From the NCBI GenBank assembly GCA_951406725.2, contig OX597831.1, positions 74,958,001-75,022,000 on the forward strand: 64,000 nucleotides of DNA, read 5' to 3'. Origin of the DNA: Octopus vulgaris. Lineage: Eukaryota. Positions 1-11,942 of this stretch are shown piece after piece. A program made the translations under genes and the position numbers. The number at the start of each line of letters is the position of its first letter. The first letter of the stretch is position 1. The notes beneath the pieces are model-generated. The model was not told where the DNA came from. It ran no database searches and worked only from the letters and a program-made list of their open reading frames with translations.

Positions 1-353
1 AAAGAACACTGGTCTCCTTGACAACGCATTACGACATTGATTTCCTTAAACTCCCTTCCCCACAGCTTCACGAGGGAGGGAAGAAGGGGGAGAAGCAAAC
101 ACAGGTGCAGGTGTTTGAGCATGGGCGCCAACTCCGCCGCCATCGACACACGAAAAATTATGCATTAAAATGGAATAAAAAATGATGTTAAATTATTTTT
201 AAAATCGTAGACTCATCGTAGACGCGCGCTAATAGCCAGACGGGCTCGATATGAATCACGACTATAAGATACCCGAATTTGGTTAAACTGCACCGCAAAA
301 TGTGGAGGAGTTAGGAATCTAAATCGTAGGAGACAGACACTCACACAACTACA

Positions 354-362
<9 letters not shown>
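1..362 (-). mobile_element. Non-autonomous Helitron-like element, 5' part (runs off the window start)
   Basis: Reverse complement matches the 5' ~350 bp of the element at 28842-29478 (TATATAAAACTGTAGTTGTGTGAGTGTCTGTC...GATTTAGATTCCTAACT...); its 5' end lies in a (TA)n tract. Confidence 0.75.
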
Positions 363-432
<70 letters not shown>

Positions 433-478
433 AAGAAAGAAAGATATTGATATGGATGGATGGATGGATGGATGGATA
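358..478. repeat. Compound microsatellite (TA)n-(GA)n-(GAAA)n-(GGAT)n
   Basis: Seen directly. Confidence 0.95.
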
Positions 479-501
479 GAGGGATGAAAATACACCAAAT
501 A

Positions 502-1783
502 TTAGGTTGGCAACTAAGTTCCCGCCGTTTTTTTTTAATTAAAATTTTTTAAAAGGTTTAATAAAAAAGTAACAACTAATTAATCAATAATGTATTCACT
601 TCTAGAAGTTGTTAACAACTTCTTCCCAACATTCAACAGGATTTTCAATACCTCGTTGGTAAAAACCACCCGATTTCGACTCGAAAATTTGATCCAACCA
701 AGCTCTCAATTCTGCATCAGTATTGAATGAAACTCTGCGCATAGCATTTGAAAGAGATCGAAAGAGGTGGAAATCCGTTGGTGCTAAATCAGGAGAGTAC
801 GGCAGGTGTGGCAGCACTTCCCAGCCATGTGTTTAAATGGCTTCCTTGGTCATATTGGCGATATGAGGGCAAGAGTTGTCGCGCAGCAGAAGAACTCCAT
901 GCTGTCGATTAGGTCTTTTCTCTTGAATAGCCGTGTTGAGCCATCCCATCTGTAGAACATAGAATTCCGTGTTGACCGTTTGGTTCCGTTCAAGCAATTC
1001 GTAATGGATAATCCCTTCCCAGTCCCACCATACACACAACATCGTTTTAAGATCTTGTTTCACGCACGTTGTCGCTTGTTTACCAAGGCTAAGCCATTCC
1101 TTACGCTGCTTCATATTGATGTACAGGCACCATTCATCGTCGCCAGTAATGATTCGGTAAAGAAATCGTTGCTTGTGTCCATGAGTTGAGCGGTGACAAG
1201 CAAGCAAACCAGCAGAGATTGTGGCTCATATATTTTTGTTGTTGTCACTTAAAGCATGCGGAACCCATGCTCCATACTTCTGAACCTTTCCCATCGAGTG
1301 AAGATGCTTCTCTATAGCAGAGTGGGAGCATTCCATTTTCTCTGCCAGTTCCCTTGTCGTTTGACGAGAATTTTCATGCAAAAGTCGGTTTAATTGCTCT
1401 TCATCGAACTCAACTGGACAGCCAGAACGAGGTGCGTCGTTGAGGTCAAAATTTCCATTTTTGAACTTGGCATACCAATCACGGGTGGTTCTATCAGCTA
1501 TGGCACCCTCTCCATACGCAGCACAAATGTCGCAAGCAGCTTTTCCGGCCTTAGAACCTTGATTAAAAGCAAAAAGAAGGAGGTGTCGAAAATGCTCGTT
1601 TTTTTCTTGACATTCCATTTTAATGACCTGAAAATGAACAAAAATTAACTAAAATTAACTAGAAAAAAATAGATTCCAAAATGATTCAAAAATAGAATTC
1701 TCAAAAAAAGTAGATTACAAAATTTAAGAACCCAATAAATTCCAAATTTAAAAAAAACGGTGGGAACTTAGTTGCTAACCCAA
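502..1783 (-). mobile_element. Full-length mariner (Tc1/mariner, DD34D type) transposon, inactive
   Basis: ~30-bp TIRs (TTAGGTTGGCAACTAAGTTCCCGCCGTTTT at 502 and its complement ending at 1783, 3 mismatches); TA target duplication at 500-501 and 1784-1785; 1282 bp long. Confidence 0.95.
580..1618 (-). pseudogene. Mariner transposase pseudogene (frameshifted into 3 ORF pieces)
   Basis: ORFs 1226-1618, 833-1207 and 602-817 contain the N-terminal HTH, WVPHAL, ITGDDEW, HDN-like LRDNSCPH and YSPDLAPTDFHLF motifs. Confidence 0.93.
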
Positions 1784-1884
1784 TATGAACCAGAGGGGAA
1801 GAAGTTCACTTCTCAACAAAAAGGCCTCCAGGTATGGATCTTGTGCAAGTATCCCATTACCAGAAAATCAGATGAACTAAAGTC

Positions 1885-2700
1885 TTATGAATGACATTCT
1901 GTTGATGGAAAACTTCTTGGAAGTCGTTTATAACAAAGAATGATTTTGTCGGAGGAAAAAATTTTTTCTTCCCAAATTTTATGAAAAAACTTCCTCATGC
2001 TGGTATAAAAATATGGTTGGTCTTTTTTTGATATAGCTGTTCCAATGATCCCTGAATCTTTCACTAATACTTCTAGAAGTTTCACCTATATAAGATCCAG
2101 GGAGATCTACGCATGCTCCTTTCAGGCACCTTATCTGGTACACAATGCTTCTAACATTGTAGTTGATATGTGGGGTTGTCAAAGGAGAGAGACATACAGA
2201 TAATAAATTTAACCCTTTGACAAATTAAATTTCATGGTTATTCCAGTAATAATGTTAAATATCTACCAAAAAAATGGAGCTGGTATTTTTGGCAAGCCAC
2301 ATTGCCTCAATAAACTTGACATGTCTCAACAAAAAAAAAAATAGCTTCAAACATGATATTCCTCAACAAAAGATAGTTTAGTATATAAAACTGCCATCTG
2401 CAATTAAGGGTAGTGAAATTTTGAGTGGAATATGTGATTTCTGCCATAAAAGGTATAATGGATCTACCTGTGTTTTCAATGTCATTTCCCTCTGAGCAAT
2501 TAATCTTAACATCAGAGCTTTGAAATGACAGTTAGATCCTTTAAATTCATTATCTGTAAACCTTATTCCTTTGATAATGACACCTGTCAAAGGAACTGTG
2601 TGGAATATGTCACAAATCCACAAATCAACTGCAAAGTTAGTAACACTTTGTTCAGGATAAGGTGCTGAGAAGGAGCACATGTAAATCTCTCTGAATACTA
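1885..2700 (-). mobile_element. Decayed Penelope-like retroelement fragment with GIY-YIG endonuclease
   Basis: ORF 1979-2182 reads IVYQIRCLKGACVDLPGSYIGETSRSISERFRDH, the VY-x-I-x-C..C..YIGET-x-R..R..H signature of Penelope endonucleases; upstream RT is not clearly recognisable and the boundaries are approximate. Confidence 0.65.
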
Positions 2701-3354
2701 CAAAAGTGAAACTTCTAGGAGTACGAATAAAAGATTTATCAATGATGTTTTGCCCTTTTTCTCTGGATTGTGGCCCAAAGGTGCTGGCACAACCCTAACC
2801 AAAGGTCTGAAGAATATTGTCTGTAGTTCTGGTGTGGTGATGTTGATTTAGTTCTTTTTTCTCTCTTTTCTTCTTGTTTTATTCACTTCGACTCTGCAAT
2901 TTTTATTTCTTTCTTTATAGCCCTCCACCTATGCTTTCAGTCAGTTTCTCTTGCAGTCATAATCAAGCCACCTATTTCATAGGGAGAGGGTTTGATGGTG
3001 ATGTAGCCAGAGTGTGTATGAAGAAGTGTTTACTGCCCTAATGCTCTCTCCTCCTATACAGGCTTACACACCAAACCCATAAAAGCTGACAACTCCAGAT
3101 TGCACTATGCTGCTGGTGTTTGATGACACTCTTGTAACAGAGTTTTAGGTGCCCTCTTCACCAGCATCTACATCAGCTCAATGCCACTCACAGCTGTAGA
3201 AATCTTAGTGCCCTCCATATAGAGCATGTGTCCCACCTAGTAAACTATTGTTGTTACTCATTCTCTTTTATTAGAACTGGCCCTTGCAGAGACAGTTATG
3301 TTTATAGAATTAACAATATTTATTAAAAACTTGTAACCCAGGGCTTACTAAATA

Positions 3355-3958
3355 TTGGTTTCAAATTCTGACACAAGGCCAACAATTTGAGGGGAAGGGT
3401 AACTCATTTTGATTAGCCCCAGTGTCCAACTGGCACTTATTTTATTGACCCCAAAAGGATAAAAAGCAAAATTGACCTCAGCAGGATTTGAACTCTGGGT
3501 GTGAAGACAAATGAAGTGTTGCCAAGCATGCTAATGGTTCTGCCAACTTACTGCCTTAACTTCGTAAATATTTTTTTCTACTCTAGGCGCAAGGACCAAA
3601 ATTTTTGGGGAGGGGGCTAATCGATTAGATCGACTCCAGTACACAACTGGTACTTAATTTATTGACCCCGAAAGGATGAAAGGCAAAGTCGACCTCGGAG
3701 GAATTTGAACTCAGAACGTAAAGACAGACAAAATACCTATTTCTTTACTACCCACAAGGGGCTAAACACAGAGAGGACAAACAAGGACAGACAAACGGAT
3801 TAAGTCGATTATATCGACCCCAGTGCATAACTGGTACTTATTTAATCGACCCCGAAAGGATGAAAGGCAAAGTCAACCTCGGCAGAATTTGAACTCAGAA
3901 TGTAGCGGCAGATGAAATACTGCTACCGGCGTGCTAATGATTCTGCCAGCTCGCTGCC
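3355..3958 (-). mobile_element. Three stacked copies of tRNA-derived SINE family A (Meta-domain-like core GACTTTGCCTTTCATCCTTTCGGGGTCGATAAA)
   Basis: Family sequence recurs more than 25 times in the window; A-box-like TGGCAGAATCGTTAG and B-box GAGTTCAAATTCC. Confidence 0.88.
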
Positions 3959-4284
3959 TTAATAACTTAGTAAATATTAAATGCTAATTGGCTGTAATTA
4001 GGGTGTGACTATTATGTCATCAATTCACACTTACCAGACTGATGCTTAATGTCACAAGACAAAGTCTTATGACTAACAGAAATTGGTCCATGTTTGGTGA
4101 AGTGTTGAATGCAAATTGTATTAAATAAGTCTGTTGCTTAGTGTTAACTTCTAGAAAACCTTTTTAGTGTGCCATTTCAAATGTGAATGTGGGAGAGGAG
4201 AATGAAGGACAGGTTTGGGGTGGTGTCAAGATGACTATGAGGGTCCTGTGGTCATATGACCTGTCACAGGATTTTATTCTTTGA

Positions 4285-4630
4285 TTCTTTAACTCGTTTC
4301 AGTCATTAGACTGCGGCCATGCTGGGGCACAACCCTGAAGAATTTCAGTTGAATGAATTGACCGCAGTACTTATTCTATCAATCTCTTTTCCCCAAACTA
4401 CTAAGTTAGGGGGACATAAACACACCAACACCGATTGTCAAGCAGTGCTGAAAGACAAATACAGACACACACACACATATATATATGAGGGCTTCTTTCA
4501 GTTTCCATCAACCAAATCCACTCACAAGGCTTTGTTCAATGGAAGACACTTTCCCAAGGTGCCACGCAGTGGGACTGAACCTGGAACCATGTGGTTGGGA
4601 AGCAAGCTTCTTACCGCATAGCCATGGCTA
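4285..4630 (-). mobile_element. SINE family B (tRNA head, CORE-like ACCTTGGGCAAGTGTCTT, internal CA/TA microsatellite)
   Basis: Homologous to 4641-5052, 35660-36048, 49098-49509 and others. Confidence 0.85.
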
Positions 4631-4640
4631 TATGTGTATA

Positions 4641-5052
4641 GACGCAGGAGTGGCTGTGTGGTAAGTAGCTTGTTTACCAATTACATGGCTCCGGATTCAG
4701 TCCCACTGTGTGGCACCTTGGGCAAGTGTCTTCTACTATAGCCTCGGGCCGACCAAAGCCTTGTGAGTGGATTTGGTAAACGGAAACTGAAAGAAGCCCG
4801 TCGTATATATGTATATATATATATATGCGTGTGTGTTTGTGTGTTTGTGTTTGTCCCCCTAGCATTGCTTGATAAACGATGCTGGTGTGTTTATGTCCCC
4901 GTTACTTAGCGGTTCGACAAAAGAGACCGATAGAATAAGTACTGGGCTTACAAAAGAATAAGTACCGGGGTCGAGTTGCTCGATTAAAGGCGGTGCTCCA
5001 GCATGGCCGCAGTCAAATGACTGAAACAAGTAAAAGATAAAAGATAAAAGAG
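4641..5052 (+). mobile_element. SINE family B, near full length
   Basis: GCAGGAGTGGCTGTGTGGTAAG head, B-box-like GGATTCAGTCCC, tail GACTGAAACAAGTAAAAGATAAAAGA. Confidence 0.9.
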
Positions 5053-5564
5053 AATATATATATATTTGAAAACCCCACTAGAATGGGCGAAAGCTCTAAT
5101 ATATGATATATGATATATGTTATATGATGTATAAAAACATGTAATATACAAATAAATATCTGTAAATATAAAACCATCCAAATTTCTGAGTACCTCATTT
5201 CTTCTAATATAAAATACCTGTACATCATCTCCGAACCTTCTAAAATATATATATATATATATATAACAGGTTTCTTTCAGTTTCGGTCTACCAAATCCAC
5301 TCACAAGGCTTTGGTCAGCCTGAAGATATAATAGAAGACATTTGCCCAAGCAGTGGGACTGAACCCGGAACCATGTGGTTGAAAAGCAAACTTCTTACTA
5401 CATAGCACATCAGCACCCGTATAATTTGGTGCAAACCATTGAAACTTCTGTAAGAAAACAAATTCACTTTGTGAAACACAGGATAATAGTACTAGACATC
5501 TTGTGCGAAGGTGAATTATAAAGTTTAAATTGCATTTTTCAAGTTTGATGGTTGAAGGAATTTT

Positions 5565-6405
5565 TTTTATCTTATTTGTTTCAATCATTAGATGTGGCCA
5601 TGCTGGAACACCTTCTTGAAGTACTTTTAGTTGAATGAATTGACCTTGGTACTTAGTTTTTTCTTTTTTTTTCAAGCCTGGTACTTATTCTATTGATCAC
5701 TTTTGCCGAACCACTAAGTTATAGAGACGCAAACACACCAATATTCTTTTCTACTCTAGGCACAAGGCCTGAAATTTGGGGGTGGGGGCAAAATTATGTA
5801 TGCAGCTGGTACTTAATTTATTGACCCCGAAAGGATGAAAGGCAAAGTCGACCTCGGTGGAGTTTAAACTCAGAATGTAAAGACAGACAAAATACCACCA
5901 ATCATTTCGCCCGCTGTGCTAACATTTCTTATTTCTTTACTGCCCATAAGGGGCTACACAAGAGGGGACAAACAAAGACAGACAAATGGATTAAGTCAAT
6001 TACATCGACCCCAATGCGTAACTGATACTTAATTTATTGACCCCCAAAAGAATGAAAGGCAAAGTTGACCTCGGCAGAATTTGAACTCAGAACGTAACGT
6101 CAGACGAAATACAGCTTAGCATTTTGCCCAGCGTGCTAACGATTCTGCCAGCTCGCTGCCTTGCAAACACATCAATATTGGGTCTCAAGCAGTGATGGAG
6201 AAACAAATACAGACACAAAGGCAAACACACACACACACATTACAGGCTTCTTTTAGTTTCCGTCTACCAAATCCACTCACAGGGCTTTGGTCAACTCGAA
6301 GCTATCGCAGAAGACACTTGTCAAAGGTGCCATGCAGTGGGACTGAACCCAGAACCATGTGGTTTGGAAAGAAGCTTCTTATCACACATCTACACTTACA
6401 CCTAT
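5565..6405 (-). mobile_element. SINE B interrupted by two nested SINE A copies (5742-6160)
   Basis: SINE B halves flank the SINE A pair; AAACACA(C/T)CAATATT is duplicated on either side. Confidence 0.8.
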
Positions 6406-6986
6406 AGGAAAACTCACTGAGGAAGTGCACAATGTAGGACTGGGTGAAGAGGGAACTCATTGTAGGGCTGGAGGAAAGGACACATTGCAGGGCTGGTGGA
6501 AAGGGTTATATGTTGTTGGGCTGTGAGAAGTGGGTGCATGTAGGGCAGGGAGAAGTGGTTAGGGTTGTAGGACAGGAGTGGGGGATGTTCATTGTAGGTC
6601 TGGAAGAAGTGTGTAGGGTGAGGAAAATGGGGTGCTCATTGTAGGGTTAGGAGAAAAGATGCACAATTCAGTAGCCTTGCAAAGTGAGTCTGCCCCAGGT
6701 GGTGCTTTTATAGGGGCAGCTCTTTTAGGCTTGCTGTAGTAGCTCATATTGGTTGTATTGGCTTGGCAAGGGCAGCAAACGCAAGATTTGCCCCAGGTGG
6801 CACACCCACCCATTATGACCCTGGCTCAATGTACAGCCAACAGAAAGATTTGACTGCTATTTCTAGCAGGCTGTATAACCACCTAAAGCTTCCATCCTAG
6901 TTCCGTACAATTTCTCCTCCCCTCCAACAGCATCATCACTACCACCACCACCACCACCAAAACCATTGCTGCCACCGCCATCTTAC

Positions 6987-7256
6987 GCTCCATATTATCA
7001 AACAATATTCTCATCTTGAAAGTTTTGGAAAGTACAAGATTTATCGTCTCTGATACCATTTAGGAAAATGGATATCCTCGACTTGGAATTTTCAGCAGTT
7101 TTGCGACGGAATAAATAATATATGTTGAATTTCTAATTTGAAATCGTTCCAACTTATCAGATGGATTATTAGATAAGCAAGGGTGGATTTTGTTTACGTT
7201 TAAAGTTACTTCGGGTTACATTTATTTATTTGCTCAGAATAAAGTTGCTACTAAAC
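6987..7256 (-). other. Candidate 5' exon of a leftward gene, possibly containing the start codon (ATG GAG C | GTAAGA)
   Basis: Unique, non-repeat sequence; acceptor TTTGTACAG at 7257-7265 and donor GTAAGA at 6986-6981 on the minus strand, with in-frame ATGs just before the donor. Confidence 0.4.
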
Positions 7257-7552
7257 CTGTACAAACAGACGCACTTTGATTAAACTAACAAGACCATATC
7301 TTATAAGTCTTTGGAAAATCCTAATAAATTCTCTTCAAATGTTTTATCATTTGGTAGAATCATTAGGACGTTGGACAAAATGCTTAGCGGTATTTCTTCC
7401 GATTCTTAAAAGCTTAGCGGTATTTCTTCTGGCTCTGAGTTCAAATTCCGTTGGGGTTGGCTTTGCCTTTCATCTTTCCCAAGTCGATAAGATAAAGTAC
7501 CAGTTGAGCACTCGGGTCGATGTAATCGAGAGGCCGTTTTCCCTCCGAAGAT

Positions 7553-7555
<3 letters not shown>

Positions 7556-7596
<41 letters not shown>

Positions 7597-7992
7597 TGTG
7601 TACAGTGCTCAGGTGCACTACAACTCATCTAAAGTGTATATATAATCAGGTGTAGTTTCGGCGGATTTCGGAAAGCATGAGGGCCTTAAAAGATGCAGTG
7701 TCATGGCAGTCAACAACTGACGCAGGCAGTTTATTCCATGCTTCAGCAACTCTGAGCGTGAAAAAATGTTTCCGAAAGTCATGGGAGCTGTATTGTTTTC
7801 TGACTTTGTAGGCATGTCCACGTGTGTTAGACACATGGAGATCAAAAAGGTGTTCAGTGTTGTTGTTGGTGAGGTGGTTGATAACTTTGTGGGTGTTTAC
7901 CAAGTCCGTCGCCAAACGCCGGAGCTTCAGTGAATCCATGCCCAGGGAAACAAGGCGCTCAGAATATGGTAGGTGTCTGATGGAGGGTATGC
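7556..7992 (-). mobile_element. CR1-clade LINE 3' fragment with (AAT)n tail
   Basis: ORF 7646-7939 (LRRLATDL...TRGHAYKV...RKHFFTLRVAEAWNKLP) is the typical CR1 ORF2 C-terminus. Confidence 0.88.
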
Positions 7993-8034
7993 GTTGAGGG
8001 TATTTCAGGCATTGTTCCTATAGTAGAAAGAATT

Positions 8035-8125
8035 GGCGAAGGTAATGAATACATACACCACCTGTTTTCGGCGTAGCAAAAACCCTAACCCTAACCACCG
8101 GGTGTGTGTATTCTTTACTTTCGCC
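8035..8125. mobile_element. MITE (GGCGAAGGTAA TIR), 9-bp TSD GAAAGAATT, internal CCCTAA repeats; Merlin-like
   Basis: TIR GGCGAAGGTAATGAATAC / GTATTCTTTACTTTCGCC; TSD at 8026-8034 and 8126-8134. Confidence 0.85.
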
Positions 8126-8315
8126 GAAAGAATTATTCGGTTCTTTACTTTCTGAGATCAAATTGCACCGAGGTTGACTTTGCCAATCATCTTTTCTGCA
8201 TTGATAAAATAAAGTACCAGTCAAATATTGAGGTTGGGGTATACGACTTCCCCTCAACATTGCTGGCCTTGTGGCAAAATGAGAATTTATTTTTTTCTTA
8301 TAAAGGAGAACAAAA

Positions 8316-8545
8316 ACGGTGAGCTGGCAGAATCGTTAGCACACCAGACAAAATGCTTAGCGGTATTTCGTCTGCCGCAACGTTCTGAGTTCAAAATCCG
8401 CTGAGGTCGACTTTGCCTTTCATCTTTTCGGAGTCGATTACATAAGTACCAGTTACGCACTGGGGTCAATATAATCGACTTAATCCGTTTGTCTGTCCTT
8501 GTTTGTCCTCTCTGCGTTTAGCCCCTTGTGTGTAGTAAAGAAATA
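8316..8545 (+). mobile_element. SINE family A, full length
   Basis: Complete head to the AAGAAATA tail. Confidence 0.9.
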
Positions 8546-8606
8546 GGTATTTCGTCTGTCTTTACGTCCTGAGGTCATCTGGTACTACTGTCCACCGAGG
8601 CCGACT

Positions 8607-8798
8607 GGTACTATTTAAATACAGAGGTCCTTTAACGGTACTACTTAAATACAGAGGTCCCCACGCATCTACGTAATCCTGCCTCTAAAAACTAACCCTA
8701 ACCTCAAACCTACCTAGCCCTAAAACTAACCTTAACGAATGTGCACTGTATAACATCGTTACGTAGATGAACCGGGATCTCTGTGATTAAATAGTGCC
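8607..8798. mobile_element. MITE (GGTACTA TIR), 8-bp TSD GGYCGACT, internal CTAACC repeats; inserted in a SINE A
   Basis: TIR GGTACTATTTAAATACAGAGGTCC / GGATCTCTGTGATTAAATAGTGCC; TSD at 8599-8606 and 8799-8806 (1 mismatch). Confidence 0.78.
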
Positions 8799-9566
8799 GG
8801 TCGACTTTGCCTTTCACCCATTGCGATTGAAAAAATATAAGAATCGGTCGAGTACTGGAGTCGAAGGTATCAACTAAACCCTAGCTACAATTGTTGATCT
8901 TGAGCCAAAAACTGAAACAATTATAAAAGGCGGCAAATCGTCAGAATTGTTAAAGCACCGGAAAAACGTCATAGGGATATTTGTTCCGGCTCTTTACATT
9001 CAGAGTTTAGATCCCGCCGAGTTTAACTCTGACCTTCTCTCTTCAGAATCGCTGGCCTTGTGCTTAAATCAGAAACTACGAAGACCCAAGAAACAATTAT
9101 GCTAAATGTAGCGAGGCTGGTAGAATCGTTAGAATGCCTTGTGAGAGTTGTTCCGACTCCTTATTTACGTTCTGAGTTCAAATCCTACCGAGGTCAACTG
9201 TTCCTTTCATCTTTCCCGGGGGTCGATGAAACATAGTAACAGTCATGTACTGCAATCGCTACGATCTAGTGCTCCCCTTTCACTCAACATTTTTAGGCCT
9301 TGTACTTAAATTAGAAATAATGATTTGATGAACTTTTAAGGATGCGATTAAAGAATGAGTAAACGCTTAGAGAAAATCAAGCGGAAAGGACATAAGAACT
9401 ATTTGGCATCCCCTACGTCCTCATGGGTACCCTACATATTGATTCATCTCTCTATTGTGACGAATTCATGAGTGAAGAGGTGATAAGAGTGCTTGGGGAC
9501 AAGTTACTCGCTTCTGGAAACAGCCCAGGTACAGCAGAAGTAGTGAAAGTCAGTCTCCACAATACC

Positions 9567-9982
9567 TATTTCTTTTATTACCCACAAGGGGCTAAACATA
9601 GAGGGGACAAACAAGGACAGACATAGGTATTAAGTCGATTACATCGACCCCAGTGCGTAACTGGTACTTAATTTATCGACCCCGAAAGGATGAAAGGCAA
9701 AGTCGACCTCGGCGGAATTTGAACTCAGAACGCAGCGGCGGACGAAATACCTATTTCTTTATTACCCACAAGGGGCTAAACACAGAGGGGACAAACAAGG
9801 ACAGACATAGGTATTAAGTCGATTACATCGACCCCAGTGCGTAACTGGTACTTAATTTATCGACCCCGAAAGAATGAAAGGCAAAGTTGACCTCGGTGGA
9901 ATTTGAACTCACAACGTAACGGCGGACGAAATACCGCTAAGCATTTCGCCCGGCGTGCTAATGTTTCTGCCAGCTCGCCGCC
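9567..9982 (-). mobile_element. Head-to-tail SINE A dimer (one full and one 5'-truncated copy, nearly identical)
   Basis: Direct ~185-bp duplication with the junction GAAATACC|TATTTCTTT. Confidence 0.9.
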
Positions 9983-10650
9983 GTCGACCAACGGCAAAAA
10001 CGACTGGCCAAAGAAAGAGTGTCCACTTCTGGTGTTATACAAGACGTTATGGAATCGGTATATTTTTGTTCGTAGTCCACAATCTGAGCATAATTTAGGA
10101 CTCAACTGAAACTAAACAATAACAGTAAAAACAGCTACAGTGGTTTGATGATATAAAAAAAACCTATGGATATATTGATGTAACCAATTTCAGAAGCTCT
10201 TATTCTGGGGAAAAAGTTCTTAATGCATTTGAAGCTTGTAATGTAGACCCAAAATTCGCAAATAGGACAACTGGGGGGGAGACTTATTTTGGAAAAATTG
10301 TGCTGTGCCAAATATGGTATATAGAAATAAATTTTTTTTTTTAAGTCACAACGCGACCAGCCGATCTACTAGAAATAGCAGCCAAATTTCTTTCATATCA
10401 TGTTACCGCCTTTTTTTTTTTTTGTTAATGGTTACATTGAATTATGTAGTTCTAGATGAATCATTCGCGAACGGCATTCTTTTGATTTATGATAATAAAG
10501 TGTATGGGGGGAGGGGGGTTATCGTAAGTAATCAGCATTGAAATTTTGAAAAGACATGAATTTCGAAAAAAAGAAAAAGAGATTTATTTTTCTCTCTCTC
10601 AGAATTGTAATCTTTTTGTAATTTGTAAACATGGAATCCAAATATAATTT

Positions 10651-10702
10651 GAGAAAGAAAGAAAGAGGGAAAGAAAGAAAGAAAGAAAGAAAGAAAGGAA
10701 AA

Positions 10703-10738
<36 letters not shown>

Positions 10739-10746
10739 GAGACGGA

Positions 10747-10778
<32 letters not shown>

Positions 10779-11058
10779 GAGAAAGAAAGGAAAGAAAGGA
10801 AGAAGGAAAGAAAGAAAAGGAAAAGAAAGGAAAAAGAAAGGAGAAAGAAAGGAAAGGAAGAAAGAAAGGAAAAAGAAAGAAAGAAAAGAAAGAAAGAAAA
10901 GGAAAAGAAGAAAGGAAAAAGAAAGAAAGAAAGAAAGAAAGAAAGAAAAGGTAAAAGAAAGAAAGAAAGAAAAAGAAAAAGAAAGAAAGGAAAGAAAGAA
11001 AGAAAAGGAAAAGAAAGAGAGAAAGAAAGAAAAGAAAAGAAAGAAAGAAAGAAAGAAA
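10651..11058 (+). repeat. ~400-bp (GAAA)n polypurine microsatellite
   Basis: Seen directly. Confidence 0.97.
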
Positions 11059-11645
11059 ATTGTTGGGAAATTGATTATTTGAAAAACCTTTTTTTTATTG
11101 TTTTTAGAATATATTCGTAATGTCTATTGTTGAAAGTAGAATCCTAAGAAAATTCATGGATGGAAACTGGGTTGGATGTTTGTTCGATATTTTTTTCTGG
11201 ACATTGTCGAATAGCATCAATGTCTGACTTTTCACTTTGTGCTCCTAAACCGAAAGAATGCTTATCTGCGTTTTCGGTAATTCAAGAGGCTTCTTGTTTG
11301 GGAAGAAGAGATTGCGGCGGTGTTTCTCTTCTAGTAAATAATAAAAGTAACACTTGATCTAATTAGTGCAGGTAAGGAGGGACAAATAACGACATTTCTC
11401 CTCTTTAAATGTCGTTTGGCTAACATGTAATATGTTTGTAACCATAATTACAACAACAACAATAACGATGTCTTTTTTCTTATTGGCCTCAAGGGCCCAA
11501 GACACGGAGGAAAATATCAAAGGGCGAGTTACGACACAATGCAAAAACAAAATAAATAATGGGGGTGGTTTACAGCGATCATAGGGAGTCACTAGCGCAT
11601 TAAAAGATATAACAAAGGATAAATAATAGAAATTAAATTAATAAA

Positions 11646-11942
11646 TCTTTATATATAAAAGTGAGGTTGTGTGCTGTCTGTCTCCTACGATTTAGATTCC
11701 TAACTACCTACATTTTGCGGTGCAGTTTAACCAAAACCGGGTATCTTATGGTCGTGATTCCTATCGAGCCCTTCTGGGTATTAGCGCGCGTCTACGTTGA
11801 GTCTACGATTTAAAAAAAATTTACCATCATTTTTTTTCCATTTTTAATGCATTTTTTTTGCTATTTTTTTTGTTATAACTCTAAAAATGCTTATATAGTT
11901 ATTTCCCTTACAAATCCGAGCAACGCCGGGCGATACTGCTAG
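11646..11942 (+). mobile_element. Non-autonomous Helitron
   Basis: Starts TC after A, ends CTAG before T, subterminal hairpin CCGAGCAACGCCGG 8-9 nt before CTAG, no TSD. Confidence 0.85.

Noticed and set aside
8085-8097. Interstitial telomere or chromosome fusion scar
   Set aside because: The few hexamers lie inside TIR- and TSD-bounded MITEs rather than in a true telomeric array
10631-10954. 107-aa Lys/Glu/Arg-rich ORF
   Set aside because: Translation of the (GAAA)n microsatellite
11150-11330. Minus-strand coding exon after acceptor TTATTTACTAG
   Set aside because: Stops in all three frames and no clear donor; at best non-coding
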